Shown here in pieces: positions 12,120 to 24,800 of a DNA stretch of 64,000 bases; the stretch's first letter is position 1, and each line of letters begins with the position of its first letter. The stretch is from Macrostomum lignano. Its lineage: Eukaryota. The notes beneath the pieces were generated by a model. It was given only the letters and a program-made list of their open reading frames with translations, did not search any database and had not been told where the DNA came from. The DNA lies in the NCBI GenBank assembly GCA_002269645.1, contig NIVC01000639.1, forward strand, positions 234,173 to 298,172, in the 5' to 3' direction. A program made the translations under genes and the position numbers.

Positions 12120-12870
12120 CTAGTAGCACACTGTCACCAAACGAATCGCTTTTGCATGCTGTTGCTTTTGTTCCTCTTGATTTTCGACGACTCGTTGCTC
12201 GGTGTCCTGGTGAAGATGGCTGAGCGTAGGCGAATATTTTAGCATCATCTCACTAGGCTTCTTGCCGTTGTAGCGTGCGGCTTGAGATGAAATGCATTCA
12301 GGCACTCTAGTACATCCCTCATCCCTCATGCCTATTCTCAACGCTCTCTTGGCGGTCTGAACCATTCGTTCAGCCAATTCATTTGGCCGCGGATGTCTCA
12401 CAGATGTTAGAATTTGCGTGGTTCGGAGCTTCGGAGATTTTTTAGTTCGTCCGAAGTGATTCATCCTGGATAACCGTATCGAATGATTGCTGCAGCTTGC
12501 CAATCGTGCCACGGGTACTCGCTGATCTCAGAAAAATTTCCACCCATTTTGTCGTGGCATCCTCAGTAATCAGCCACATGAACCCGTAGCAAGGACCGAA
12601 GAAGTCCAAACAGAGTGGTTAATTGGCTGAGCTTCTATGCAATTTTGACACACATCATCTTCGTGAACCCAGCATTCTCCAGTGGCAAGCTTGGAAATGC
12701 GTCTGCATTTTCATGTTCATCCGTCCGGCTCTATCGAATCTCAAATTGATAGGCTGACAGAATCACAGCCCAGAGCTGCAACCGACTGGCAGATATTCTT
12801 GAGATTTGTTCTCAGGACCAAATTCGTCACATGCGGTTTGTGGTCCGTGACCAGTATGAACCGTCGGCCA
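12120..12870 (-). pseudogene. Ty3/gypsy integrase remnant
   Basis: LDFFGP...EDATTKWVE; HPRPNELAERMVQTAK; multiple stops and frameshifts. Confidence 0.75.
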
Positions 12871-13489
12871 TAAGGTACTGGTGAAATTTCTTCACCGCAA
12901 CAACAACAACAACAACAAAGTACGCTGTCAGGTGGAAAAAAGCAGCGTCACAGGGCACGCTTCAGAGCCTGGGCGCGAACAAAGGCCGCACCGCCGGCAG
13001 AGTCCGGGGCGCCAGCGTCGGCCAGCAGGCAGTCGACGAAATGCCGAGTTCGGGCTTGACCTCGCCGGTAGGGTGCCTTCACCGCAAAAATTATCGCTAA
13101 TCATTCCTTCTCTATTTTTGAGTTGTTTCTTTCGGCCTTGGACTGGCCTCTGATTGCACAGCAGATTGGCTTCTCTGAATCCTGCAAAATGTGCGAAAGC
13201 ACTGCGCCTACGCTGTAGTATGATGCATCGGCATGAACAACCAACTCTTTGCTTGGGGTCATAGTGAATCAACACTCGATTAGAAGTCAGCTGATTTCTA
13301 ATGAGCAAATAGATAAATCAGACCTGTCAGTCCATCTCAACTCAGCGTCTTTCTGTAGTAGCGCATTTAGGACGCCAGGACGTCGGACAGGCCTCTGATT
13401 AATTTGTTATAGTATTTATCAGCCCAACTAGGGACCCGAACCTTCGAAATGCTAGTTGGCCTTGGGGCTTCAGTGATGGCTTTCATGAT

Positions 13490-14160
13490 TCGTGGCCTCT
13501 GCCCCCCGGCCCAGTCAGCCCTCTGCCCCTCCCCCCCCAGTCAGGCCTCTGCTGCCCCCCCAGTCAGGCCTCTGCTGCCCCCCCCCAGTCAGGCCTCTGC
13601 TGCCCCCCCCCAGTCAGGCCTCTGCTGCCCCCCAGTCAGGCCTCTGCTGCCCCCCCCCCAGTCAGGCCTCTGCTGCCCCCCCCAGTCAGGCCTCTGCTGC
13701 CTTCCCAGTCAGGCCTCTGCCGCACCCCCAGTCAGGCCCCTGCCGCACCCCCAGACAGGCCTCTGCGGCACCCCCTGTCAGGCCTCTGCTGCCTTCCCAG
13801 TCAGGCCTCTGCCGCACCCCCAGTCAGGCCCCTGCCGCACCCCCAGACAGGCCTCTGCGGCACCCAGGCCTCTGCTGCCTTCCCAGTCAGGCCTCTGCCG
13901 CACCCCCAGTCAGGCCTCTGCTGCCCCCCCCCTGTCAGGCCTCTGCTGCCCCCCCCTGTCAGGCCTCTGCTGCCCCCCCTGTCAGGCCTCTGCTGCCCCT
14001 CCCCCCTGTCAGGCCTCTGCTGCCCCCCCTGTCAGGCCTCTGCTGCCCCTCCTGTCAGGCCTCTGCTGCCCCCCCCTGTCAGGCCTCTGCTGCCCCTCCC
14101 CAGTCAGGCCTTCCCCCCCCCTTTGTCAGGCCTCTGCTGCCCCCCCCCCTTAGTCAGGCC
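13490..14160. repeat. ~23-25-bp C-rich minisatellite (CAGTCAGGCCTCTGCTGCCCCCC)
   Basis: Tandem units with variable poly-C length. Confidence 0.93.
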
Positions 14161-15269
14161 TTTTGCCACGGCCTTGCTTGCTTTGATTGACGTCGTTTCG
14201 CTCGATTAGTTTTTTTTCAGCAAAAGCAGCAGCATCAGCTTCTCCCGCTGGAGAACTTTTGTTTTCCTGGTCCTCTGGCTGCAGCAGACAGAAAATCGGC
14301 AATCGGAACGAGTTCCCAGCTCGCATTCTGTTCAGTCCAAAGCTGGGAAAACTCTGCTGGAGTTTTTTGCCGAAGCCGGTTTTGAATTCAAATGCAGCAG
14401 CCGCTTGCTGTAGTCACGCGTTGCCTCACTGCTGTGGGTCCGATAGACTCTTTATTTAATAGAAATCAAGCGTGCCATCTTCTCTGGCTTCTGCCATTTC
14501 AAAATCTGTTGTTTCGGCGCACAAAAGCAAGCGGCGCACAAGCCATTTCTGAGCAGCAGGGAGTGCTGTATCGCGACCTAAGGCTGTCTCGTACTTCAAG
14601 TAATTTGGACCAGTACCCGCCGTCAGAACTCTACTGCTGCCAATAACTACTGCTGCAACCAGCACCATCAACGCGTCGCAATTTAGATTTGCTAGTCATG
14701 AGAACAAGTATGGAACTAATTTGGGTCCAGTTCAAAATTCGACTTTCACGCACTGCAGTTATTTTTATCTTTGGTTATACAATAATCGGTTGTTCATCTT
14801 GGTCATCTAAGACAAAGTCTTAGCAATTCCGACGCTCTAGCAAACTACTATGGAAGCTTCTTGCTCCAGTGCAGTGCGTGATCCAGTGATCCTGTGATGT
14901 CACAGGCTGCTCGATTCTGCTTTACTGGCTGGCTCGAGTCAGTTTTACCAGAGCTGCTGCGGCACAGCCGCCGATAAAATTAATTTTATAAATAAGACGG
15001 CCGTCTGCCCTGAGGCAGTCGCATAATGTTTCCACCTGTTCTGATGCTTTGGTGCCTTTACTAGACCCATCGAGGACCTTCCCGCATGAAGTTACGATAC
15101 GTGGCCGGTGTAAGGATCAAGTAATGGTTTTGTTCTGTACAATGTCAGCAAAAACCAATGGGAAGCACCTCTGGCAGCTCTGCAGCCGTAGCTTCTTACA
15201 GTGCGAATGCGTACTCACCATTGGCTGAGGTCCAGTCCGTGAGGCCCAGTCCGTGACAACATGCTAGTG

Positions 15270-15470
15270 TTGGTGGTGGTGGTGGCGGTGGTGTGGTGGT
15301 GGTGGTAGTGCAGGTGGTGGTGGTGGTGGTGGTGGTGGTGCAGGTGGTGGTGGTGCAGGTGGTGGTGGTGTAGGTGGTGGTGGTGGTGGTGCAGGTGGTG
15401 GTGGTGGTGGTGCAGGTGGTGGTGGTGGTGGTGCAGGTGGTGGTGGTGGTGGTGCAGGTGGTGGTGGTGT
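15270..15470. repeat. (GGT)n microsatellite with periodic GCA interruptions
   Basis: Direct reading; gives poly-T/P/H ORFs on the minus strand. Confidence 0.92.
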
Positions 15471-15921
15471 GCATCCAACGGGCATGGGGCTTTCTGGGAG
15501 GACTGCAGTGCAGAGCTTAGAGTTGGCTAGAGAAGTTTTCCACATTCTGATTAACGGAACCCAAAGAGTAGCGATTCAGTGTCTTGCAATATTGATGTTA
15601 TCAACAATGCGCCACCTTCGAGTCTATTCGTTATAACTAAATCTGTGGATGTCAGCCAGTCAGTCAGTAAGCTGGCTTTCCACTACATGTACAAGAGAAA
15701 ACGCTGCTAATCCACTGGTTGCTTTTGATTAACAACTTAGCCAGCTTAGACAGACGTCAGTAGAGGGCGATCAGACATTGGGACAAGCGAGTATTCTGCA
15801 CCGCGGAAAATGTGCAGTTGCACTCATGCAGATGATTAATTTGTTTTGAATCTCTTTATTATGTACAGTAGCTCGTAAATGTTGTTAATTCAGCCAGTTA
15901 GATCATTCTTAGAATTGGCGC

Positions 15922-16665
15922 TTAGTTGAACGGCGAAACGCATTCGCACAGGCCGCTCCTGCCGCTGTCCGCGCCATCACTGTCGCCCAGCTTCGAGTAG
16001 TGGTGTCCTCTAACGACAACATTCTCCCTGCCAAGCGCGTCGTTAGGCTCGCCAGAGTTCCACAGGCTGCTGCTGCCGCTCAGGGGGATGCCGCAGGCTA
16101 CCCAGTACCAGCCGCCGTCGGGCTCCACGCTGCCGGGCTGCTGGAACCCGCCCAGGTGGAACGACAGTCCGTAGCTGCTCGACAGGGCGTCCACGTGGCT
16201 CATCTCCGTGCTGTCCACCACGTCAGCCATGATCACCTGGCCCGGGTCGGACTCGCAGATCTGCCTCTGAGCGGTCCAGTTATTCATTGCGCTGAGCACG
16301 CGGTACTTCACTCCGCACAGCTCGTGGCCGTAGCCGGGAGGACACAGCGAGCCCGCCGAGAGTCCCGGCTGCCGCTTCACGAACAGGCGGCCTCTCCTGG
16401 AGCAGCCGCAGTCCCGCACCGACTTGCTGCACCTGTCGAACACGAACAGCTGGCACGGACCGTCGGCCGTGGCGAAGGCCTGGCAGCGCTGGTTGCTGCT
16501 ACAGAGAGCGGCGCAGGTCAAGGAGTTGGTGTTCCAGTGACGGACGACGAACTCTGCGTTGATGCAGAGGCTGCCCTCGGTGCTGTGGTACTCGGCGAGC
16601 CCCCAACTGGCCCGGATTGGCGGTGGCAGCAGCAGCAGAGCGAGCAGCGCCACTGTCGATATCAT
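15922..16665 (-). CDS. Secreted PAN/apple + C-type lectin domain protein, single exon
   Basis: Signal peptide MISTVALLALLLLPPPIRA; CAALCSSNQRCQAF (PAN); CPPGY...NW...C...FHLGG...WYW...WNSGEPND...CEC (CTLD). Confidence 0.88.
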   Translation of the reverse strand: MISTVALLALLLLPPPIRASWGLAEYHSTEGSLCINAEFVVRHWNTNSLTCAALCSSNQRCQAFATADGPCQLFVFDRCSKSVRDCGCSRRGRLFVKRQPGLSAGSLCPPGYGHELCGVKYRVLSAMNNWTAQRQICESDPGQVIMADVVDSTEMSHVDALSSSYGLSFHLGGFQQPGSVEPDGGWYWVACGIPLSGSSSLWNSGEPNDALGRENVVVRGHHYSKLGDSDGADSGRSGLCECVSPFN

Positions 16666-16730
16666 CAGGGCTGCCGGTTGTCTAGAAAAGCCCCTCCTAC
16701 TGGGCCGGTTTCTCCCCACTACCCGATCCC

Positions 16731-16736
16731 TTTATA
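16731..16736 (-). promoter_or_regulatory. TATA box of the lectin gene
   Basis: TATAAA on the minus strand about 65 nt upstream of the ATG at 16665. Confidence 0.6.
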
Positions 16737-17189
16737 GAGGCCGTCAAGAGGTCGCAAAAAGCGAGGCGCAGCGGGTGTGACGCCACTCGAAGAGTCTGCT
16801 TCGAAATGCGCCGTGCCCACTCGTCTGCTGCCCCCCCTGGCAGCCTTTTTTTCACTTTTTAAACATTCCGCAGTCAGTCTCCATCGTTTCCGTTTCATTG
16901 TAAGGTCGTCCTGTTTGTCTGCCTTTTTCACAATTTTGGCTCCAGTCCTTCCTCAATGATTTTGAATGACGAACAAGGCAAAAAAGCAAAAAACGGGCCT
17001 TGATTGACGTGTGCTGTGCCAGCCAGTTGTTTCTACATGGTGGGGGATTGGTGGGCACGATACAGTAGAATTTTAGATGCGGGCGTCCGGCAATAGCCAG
17101 AATCCCAATCGTTTTGCTGTGACAGCCATGCCCTGCATGGGTTTTTTGCTCGACAATGTCATCTCTCATGTGGCTCACAGGCTGGCCCA

Positions 17190-17420
17190 GCAACTGAGGA
17201 TCTGAGAGGCTGGCCCAGCAAATGAGAATCTGAGAGGCTGGCCCAGCAACTGAGAATCTGAGAGGCTGGCCCAGCAACTGAGAATCTGAGAGGCTGGCCC
17301 AGCAACTGAGAATCTGAGAGGCTGGCTCAGCAACTGAGGATCTGAGAGGCTGGCTCAGCAACTAAGGATCTGAGAGGCTGGCCCAGCAACTGAGGATCTG
17401 AGAGGCTGGCTCAGCAACTG
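17190..17420. repeat. 28-bp minisatellite, inverted copy of the 53850-55020 family
   Basis: AACTGAGGATCTGAGAGGCTGGCCCAGC is the reverse complement of GCTGGGCCAGCCTCTCAGATCCTCAGTT. Confidence 0.93.
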
Positions 17421-18139
17421 CGGATCGGAGAAGGAAGTCAGAAGAGTAAGAGATTTGAAAAAATGAAGCAACTTGAAACTCATAAGAGCAGTGCAGCAGA
17501 TTGAAGCAAACGCAGTGTTTAAAACAGGTAAACAAAACATGTAGACAGCGCGCATAGCACTCAATGTATTTACTGTCAAAACATGTGACAGCAATTATAT
17601 TGTTCTGATATTAGTCATTTAAACGTGCGGAACGAGCAGAAACAATCGGCCTGGCTCGCTGTCAATCTAAATGATGCAAGATATCACAGGCTGCTGTACA
17701 CAGCTGTCCGGCGGTTTGGCACTTCCTGTGCTGTGCAGCTGCACTCGGCTGGTGCCAACGATCGCACAATAAAATTAGTGGCGACTTTGTACAAAATTAT
17801 TTCCAACCGGAAACTGGGCGGGAAAATGCGCGCGCAGATCGAACAGCGAATACGAAAGCTACTGCAACAGGCACAGGTAAAAATAATCTTTCCAGGAATC
17901 AGCCGACAATTCTTGAAGCCACAGGGTCAGAGAAATCGCTGGGGGGGAATTGTGTAAGAAAGGTCGCAGACTTAAAGTACATCAAACTACCAATAAATTT
18001 GCTAATCAGCTGTTGATTGAAACAAGCGCAATCGAGCTGAGCTGGGACAGTTTAAAGGAAGCTGAGAAAAGCATGGAAGCACAGTGTGAATACTGCTGTG
18101 GCTCACTGAATTCAGTGAGAACTGGATGAGCATGAGCAG

Positions 18140-18800
18140 TATTATCGTTGCTATGCACCCGGTAACTATGGAGAAAATATCGTTGCTATGCACCCGGTAA
18201 CTATGGAGAAAATATCGTTGCAATGCACCCGGTAACTATGGCGAAATTATCGTTGCTATGCACCCGGTAACTATGGAGACATTATCGTTGCTATGCACCC
18301 GGTAACTATGGAGACATTATCGTTGCTATGCACCCGGTAACTATGGAGAAATTATCGTTGCTATGCACCCGGTAACTATAGAGAAATTATCGTTGCTATG
18401 CACCTGGTAACTATAGAGAAATTATCGTTGCTATGCACCCGGTAACTATAGAGAAATTTTACTTGCTATGTACTCGGTATCCATGGAGACATTGTCGCTG
18501 CTATGCATCCGGTAACTATGGAGAAATTATCGTTGCTATGCACCCGGTAACTATGAAGAAAATATCGTTGCTTTGCACCCGGTAACTATGGAGAAATTAT
18601 CGTTGCTATGCCCCCGGTAACTATGGAGAAATTATCGTTGCTATGCACCCGGTAACTATGGAGACATTATCGTTGCTATGCACCCGGTATCCATGGAGAA
18701 ATTATCGTTGCTATGCACCCGGTAACTATGGAGACATTATCGTTGCTATGCACCCGGTATCCATGGAGAAATTATCGTTGCTATGCACCCGGTATCCATG
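18140..18800. repeat. 35-bp minisatellite (GAAATTATCGTTGCTATGCACCCGGTAACTATGGA)
   Basis: About 19 tandem units just downstream of the NACHT gene stop. Confidence 0.95.
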
Positions 18801-18825
18801 GAGAAATTTATCGATAGCGCCCCAG

Positions 18826-21800
18826 TCAGTCCCTCAGGGTCAGGGTAGCCAGCATGTCGCTGACAACTTCGTCCACTCCGTCATCGTCGGCCATTGCCGA
18901 GGCCGAAGCTGCGGTGCCGTCGCCGGACGCCTCGTCCTCCTCCGACGGCAGCTGGTCTTCGTCCAGCAGCACGAAGTCGTCCTCCGAAGCCGCCGCGGCG
19001 CCTTGCGACACCGACGAGGTGGCGAAGAAGCTGCCCAGCGGATTTCCCATGCCGCCGGAGTCGACGGCGCCAGCGCTGTCGTCGTCTTCCTGGAGCTCGC
19101 GCTGGCTGAACTCGGCCTCCTGCTCGGGCCCGACCTCGGCGGAGTGCAGGTGCCGCAGGTACAGCGCGGCTCGGCGGTAGCGAGGCTCCAGCAGCACGGA
19201 GGCCGCCCGGCAGGTCTTGGGGTGGTCGGGCCCGTACACCAGCTGAATCACTTCCGCCCAGCGCCGGAAGTACATGTAGGCGCGCAGGAAGCAGGACTGG
19301 ACGGGCGAAACGGAGGGGAGATTGGGGAAAACTACTGTGTAATCAGCATGCGGCATTTTACAGCAGCTGAACTTTTCACAGTACCTACTGGGACACCTGA
19401 TTGGTCCCGAACCATCATGCCCTCAGCCCATCAATCATCTGGTGACCCCAATACCCAATTGCTTCTGTGACCCCAATCATCAAGTGACCACCCGTGACAC
19501 CAATCATCAAGTGACCTCCGTGACCCCAATCATCAAATAACCCGCGACCCCAATCATCAAATAACCCGTGACCCCAATCATCAAATAACCCGTGACCCCA
19601 ATCATCAAGTGACCACCCGTGACCCCAATCATCAAATAACCCGTGACCCCAATCATCAAATAACCCGTGACCCCAATCATCAAGTGACCACCCGTGACCC
19701 CAATCATCAAATAACCCGTGACCCCAATCATCAAATAACCCGTGACCCCAATCATCAAATAACCCGTGACCCCAATCATCAAGTGACCACCCGTGACCCC
19801 AATCATCAAATAACCCGTGACCCCAATCATCAAATAACCCGTGACCCCAATCATCAAATAACCCGTGACCCCAATCATCAAGTGACCACCCGTGACCCCA
19901 ATCATCAAATAACCCGTGACCCCAATCATCAAATAACCCGTGACCCCAATCATCAAATAACCCGTGACACCAATCATCAAATAACCCGTGACACCAATCA
20001 TCAAATAACCCGTGACACCAATCATCAAATAACCCGTGACCCCAATCATCAAATAACCCGTGACCCCAATCATCAAGTGACCACCCGTGACCCCAATCAT
20101 CAAATAACCCGTGACCCCAATCATCAAATAACCCGTGACACCAATCATCAAATAACCCGTGACACCAATCATCAAATAACCCGTGACACCAATCATCAAA
20201 TAACCCGTGACCCCAATCATCAAATAACCCGTGACACCAATCATCAAATAACCCGTGACACCAATCATCAAATAACCCGTGACACCAATCATCAAATAAC
20301 CCGTGACAGCAATCATCAAATAACCCGTGACACCAATCATCAAATAACCCGTGACCCCAAATATTAACCCGTTGAAAAGAAAACTTTACCAAAGGACTCA
20401 AACGACTACAATGCGGCTGAGAGCGTTAGCGCTTAACTTTCTACTAACTCAAGTAGGCTAAATAGTTGTTATACCGGTAAATGCGAAATGCGATTATAAT
20501 TCACAATGTGATACACGTCGGCTTTAGACGCAACTCAGAGTGCTGCTACAGCGACCCTACGAGCACGCCTCAGATACGACTCTACGGCCCCCAGAGTGGT
20601 TTCAGAGACGCAGACAATAAAACGCCTCAACTTGACTCTTAGGCGACTTGTACCGCGACATCTCGTCGTTTTAGAGTCGTCTAAAGTCACTTCTTTCCTA
20701 CTGTATTTTACCTGTGTTACCTGCAACCACTCTGGGGGCGACGCAAATCACTTCATGGGGAGCCGACCCTCCAGAGCATCCGCTACCCATCCCCGCGGCT
20801 CCGGCCCACCTTGTCCTCGTAGGCGATGCCGATGTTGATGTACAGCCGGCCCACTAGCCTGTGGCAGTCTCCGAACAGCATCCTGGCCAGCCGCAGGGCC
20901 GCCTTGTACAGCCGCAGCTGCCGGTCGGAGCCCCGCTTGGCCAGCACGCCCTGCGTCATGGCGGCCTCGCTGGCCAGCTGCCTATCCAGCTGCCTGGCGA
21001 AGGCATCCGAAGCGGACTGGACGAGGCCGAGCGCCTTGCCGACGGCCTGCTCGGGGTGAGCCAGGAGTGGCCGCCGCTGCAGGCCCGCCAGGAGTCCAGC
21101 GCGAAGCTCAGGCGCATCTGCAGCACGGCGAGCCGGCGGCGCCCGCTGTCCCGGCGCATCCGGGCGTAGACGCCGATGGCAGCCTCGGCGAATTTGATGG
21201 CCCGGCGCAGCGTCGGCTTCTGGTCGCTGGTGACGAAGTCGGACAGTTTGAGCCGGTCATCGTACAGGTGGAACATCAGGCCGCACAGGTCGGCTGTGAT
21301 TGGCTGCGGCAGCCCGGCCGCCTTGGCCAGCTTGTAGGCCGACTTTGCCGCCTCCAGGCACCTGCGGGCGGCGAGGAATTGAGGGTCAGAAGGGATCTGG
21401 GATTGTGGCAGGGATGTTTGGGGATCAGGGGACAAGCAGAAATAATTTGAGGATCAGGGAGACGATCAGATGGGATTTGATTTGAGGATCAAGAAGACGA
21501 TCAGAAGGGATTTGATTTGAGGATCAGGGAGACGATCAGAGGGGATTTGATTTGAGGATTAGGGGACGATCAGAGGGGATTTGAGGATCAGGGAGACGAT
21601 CAGAGGGGATTTGAGGATCAGGGAGACGATCAGAGGGGATTTGAGGATCAGGGAGACGATCAGAGGGGATTTGATTTGAGGATCAGGGAGACGATCAGAG
21701 GGGATTTGATTTGAGGATTAGGGGATGATCAGAGGGGATTTGAGGATCAGGGAGACGATCAGAGGGGATTTGAGGATCAGGAAGACGATCAGAACGGATT

Positions 21801-24800
21801 TGAGGATCGGGGAGACTATCAGAGGGGATTTGAGGATCAGGAAGACGATCAGAAGGGATTTGAGGATCAGGGAGACGATCAGAGGGGATTTGCTTTGAGG
21901 ATTAGGGGACGATCAGAGGGGATTTAAGGATCAGGGAGACGATCACAGGGGGTTTGAGGATCAGGGAGACAATCAGAGGGGATTTGAGGATCAGGAAGAC
22001 GATCAGAAGGTATTTGAGGATCAGGGAGACAATCAGAGGGGATTTGAGGATCGGGGAGACGATCAGAGGGGATTTGATTTGAGGATTAGGGGAAGATCAG
22101 AGGGGATTTGAGGATCAGGGAGACGATCAGAGGGGATTTGATTTGAGGATTAGGGGAAGATCAGAGGGGATTTGCTTTGAGGATTAGGGGACGATCAGAG
22201 GGGATTTAAGGATCAGGGAGACGATCACAGGGGGTTTGAGGATCAGGGAGACAATCAGAGGGGATTTAAGGATCAGAAAGACGATCAGAGGGGATTTGAG
22301 GATCAGGAAGACGATCAGAGGGGATTTGAGGATCAGGGAGACGATTAGAGGGGATTTAAGGATCAGGAAGAAAATCAGAGGGGATTTGAGGATCAGGAAG
22401 ACGATCAGAGGGGATTTGAGGATCAGGGAGACGATTAGAGGGGATTTAAGGATCAGGAAGAAAATCAGAGGGGATTTGAGGATCAGGAAGAAAATCAGAG
22501 GGGATTTGAGGATCAGGGAGGTGATCAGGGGGGACACTAATTCTAATATCGATCAGAATCAGTGAAAAATGCTAAAAGCCGCTCACTTTCGATAGTGCCC
22601 GGCCAGCAGCAGCACCCGGCAGATCAGCAGGTGGCGGTGCAGGTCGCAGGCGGCGGGCTCGGCGGCCTCTAGCAGGGCGCAGTAGCGCTCGGCCATGGAG
22701 CTGTAGTCCCCGCACTGGGCGGCGTCCCGCCACAGCCGCAGGAGGCGGTCGCTGGGGTCGGGCGCGTCAAGCTGGTGAAAAGTTTCCAGCACGTCCCAGC
22801 GGCAGAGGAAATCTTCAAGGCGGCCGAGGGCACCGCTGGCCAAAGCGGCGGGCGGGAACTCGTCCAGGGCCCGGTCCAGGCCCGCGAGCTCCGGCCGCTC
22901 GAACTGATCGGCCAGCCGGGACAGCCAGAACTGGGCGCTGGGCTGCTGCAGGGAGCTGGGGGGGCGGCGGCTGGTGCGCTGGACTGGATTCATACATGCG
23001 CAACCTTGGAAATCACCCGGCCGTTTCTATTGGCAACACACACATGTAAGTCGCTATTGGCTGAGAGCAGTCACGTGACTATTATTCAGTCCAATAGCGA
23101 CTTACGTGTGTGTGTTGCCAATAGAAACGGCCGGGTAAATCCTAGGTTGCACCCAGGCCCAAGCATGACTGGATTGCCACTATTTGTGAATAGGGCGGAA
23201 ACTGTGGGTGAATGAGGCGGAAACTGGAGGGTGAATTGGGGGCGGAAACTGTGGGTGAATGGGGCGGAAACCGGAGGCTGAATAGGGCGGAAACTGTGGG
23301 TGAATGGGGCGGAAACTGGAGGGTGAATGGGGTGGAAGGTGAGGTTCAATGGGGCGGAAGGTGAGGTTGAATGGGGCGGAATCTGTGGGTGAATGGGCGG
23401 AAACTGGTGGGTGAATGGGGCGGAAACTAAGGGTGAATGGGGCGGAAAATGAAAAAAAAATGGGGCGGAAAATGAAAAATGAATGGGGCGGAAGGTGAGG
23501 TTGAATGGGGCGGAAAAGCGGGCTGAAGGGGCGGAAACTGGAGGGTGAATGGGGCGGAAAAGCGGGCTGATGGGGTGGAAACTGGAGGGTGAATGGGGCG
23601 GAAAAGCGGGCTGATGGGGTGGAAACTGGAGGGTGAATGGGGCGGAAGGTGAGGTTGAATGGGGCGGAAAAGTGGGCTGAAGGGGCGGAAACTGACCGAG
23701 CAGCCTTTCGCAGCGCCGGATGGCGAAACGCCAGCCAGCGGTCAGGCTCAGTTCTTATTGGCGCCGGCGGCGCTAACAAGGGCGCCAGAGCGCCGAGCAC
23801 GCCGGCCCAAAGCCGAGGCGACCAGCTCCGACGATAGGCGGGCGAATCGATACGATCGGCGCCGCTGCCGAGCCCCGCCGCGCTGCCGGCCTTCTCCGAC
23901 GCCTCTACGCCGTCCTTCTCTGCGAAGGGGCCTCCAGGCGCGGTCAGCGGGCCGCTGCTCAGCAGGCCGACGGCTTCGGACTCGAAGAGGCCGCCATGAG
24001 CTGAGTTGGCCAGCAGGCACAGCAGCGCCTCGGCGACTGGCCCGGACTTTCCATCGCCAGAGTCGAGTTTGGCCGCGTCCTCCACGGCGTCGGCGACAAC
24101 GGAGCGGCACAGCTCGGACAGCGAGTCGCAGTCGGCCAGGCGCTGGCACTGGCGCCGGCGGCTGCGGGCGGCGCTCAGCTGGAGGAACATCGCCTGGTCG
24201 GAGCAGCGGGCCAGCCGGGCCACCTCGGCGGCTGACAGCGGCGGCTGGGGACCCACCTGAGGAGATTATGGATCAGGGACTAGATGGATCAGGGACTAGA
24301 TGGATCAGGGACTAGATGGATCAGGGACTAGATGGATCAGGGACTAGATGGATCAGGGACTAGATGGATCAGGGACTAGATGGATCAGGGACTAGATGGA
24401 TCAGGGACTAGATGGATCAGGGACTAGATGGATCAGGGACTAGATGGATCAGGGACTAGATGGATCAGGGACTAGATGGATCAGGGACTAGATGGATCAG
24501 GGACTAGAAGGATCAGGGACTAGATGGATCAGGGACTAGATGGATCAGGGACTAGATGGATCAGGGACTAGATGGATCAGGGACTAGATGGATCAGGGAC
24601 TAGATGGATCAGGGACTAGATGGATCAGGGACTAGATGGATCAGGGACTAGATGGATCAGGGACTAGATGGATCAGGGACTAGATGGATCAGGGACTAGA
24701 TGGATCAGGGACTAGATGGATCAGGGACTAGATGGATCAGGGACTAGATGGATCAGGGACTAGATGGATCAGGGACTAGATGGATCAGGGACTAGATGGA

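Noticed and set aside
14187-14671. Small ORFs with a hydrophobic start, possibly a decayed lectin
   Set aside because: No convincing motif or splice support
15196-15545. Mucin-like poly-Thr, poly-His or poly-Pro coding exon
   Set aside because: Open in all frames because of the GGT repeat; a donor-like GTGAGT is present, but no coherent exon chain could be built
19415-20401. GLFDDW/GYLMIGVT/DPNHQITR repeat ORFs, and similar ORFs at 13449-14190, 22184-22565, 26198-26708, 35762-37241, 54090-55112, 62971-63768
   Set aside because: Translations of minisatellites, with no start/stop context or domain
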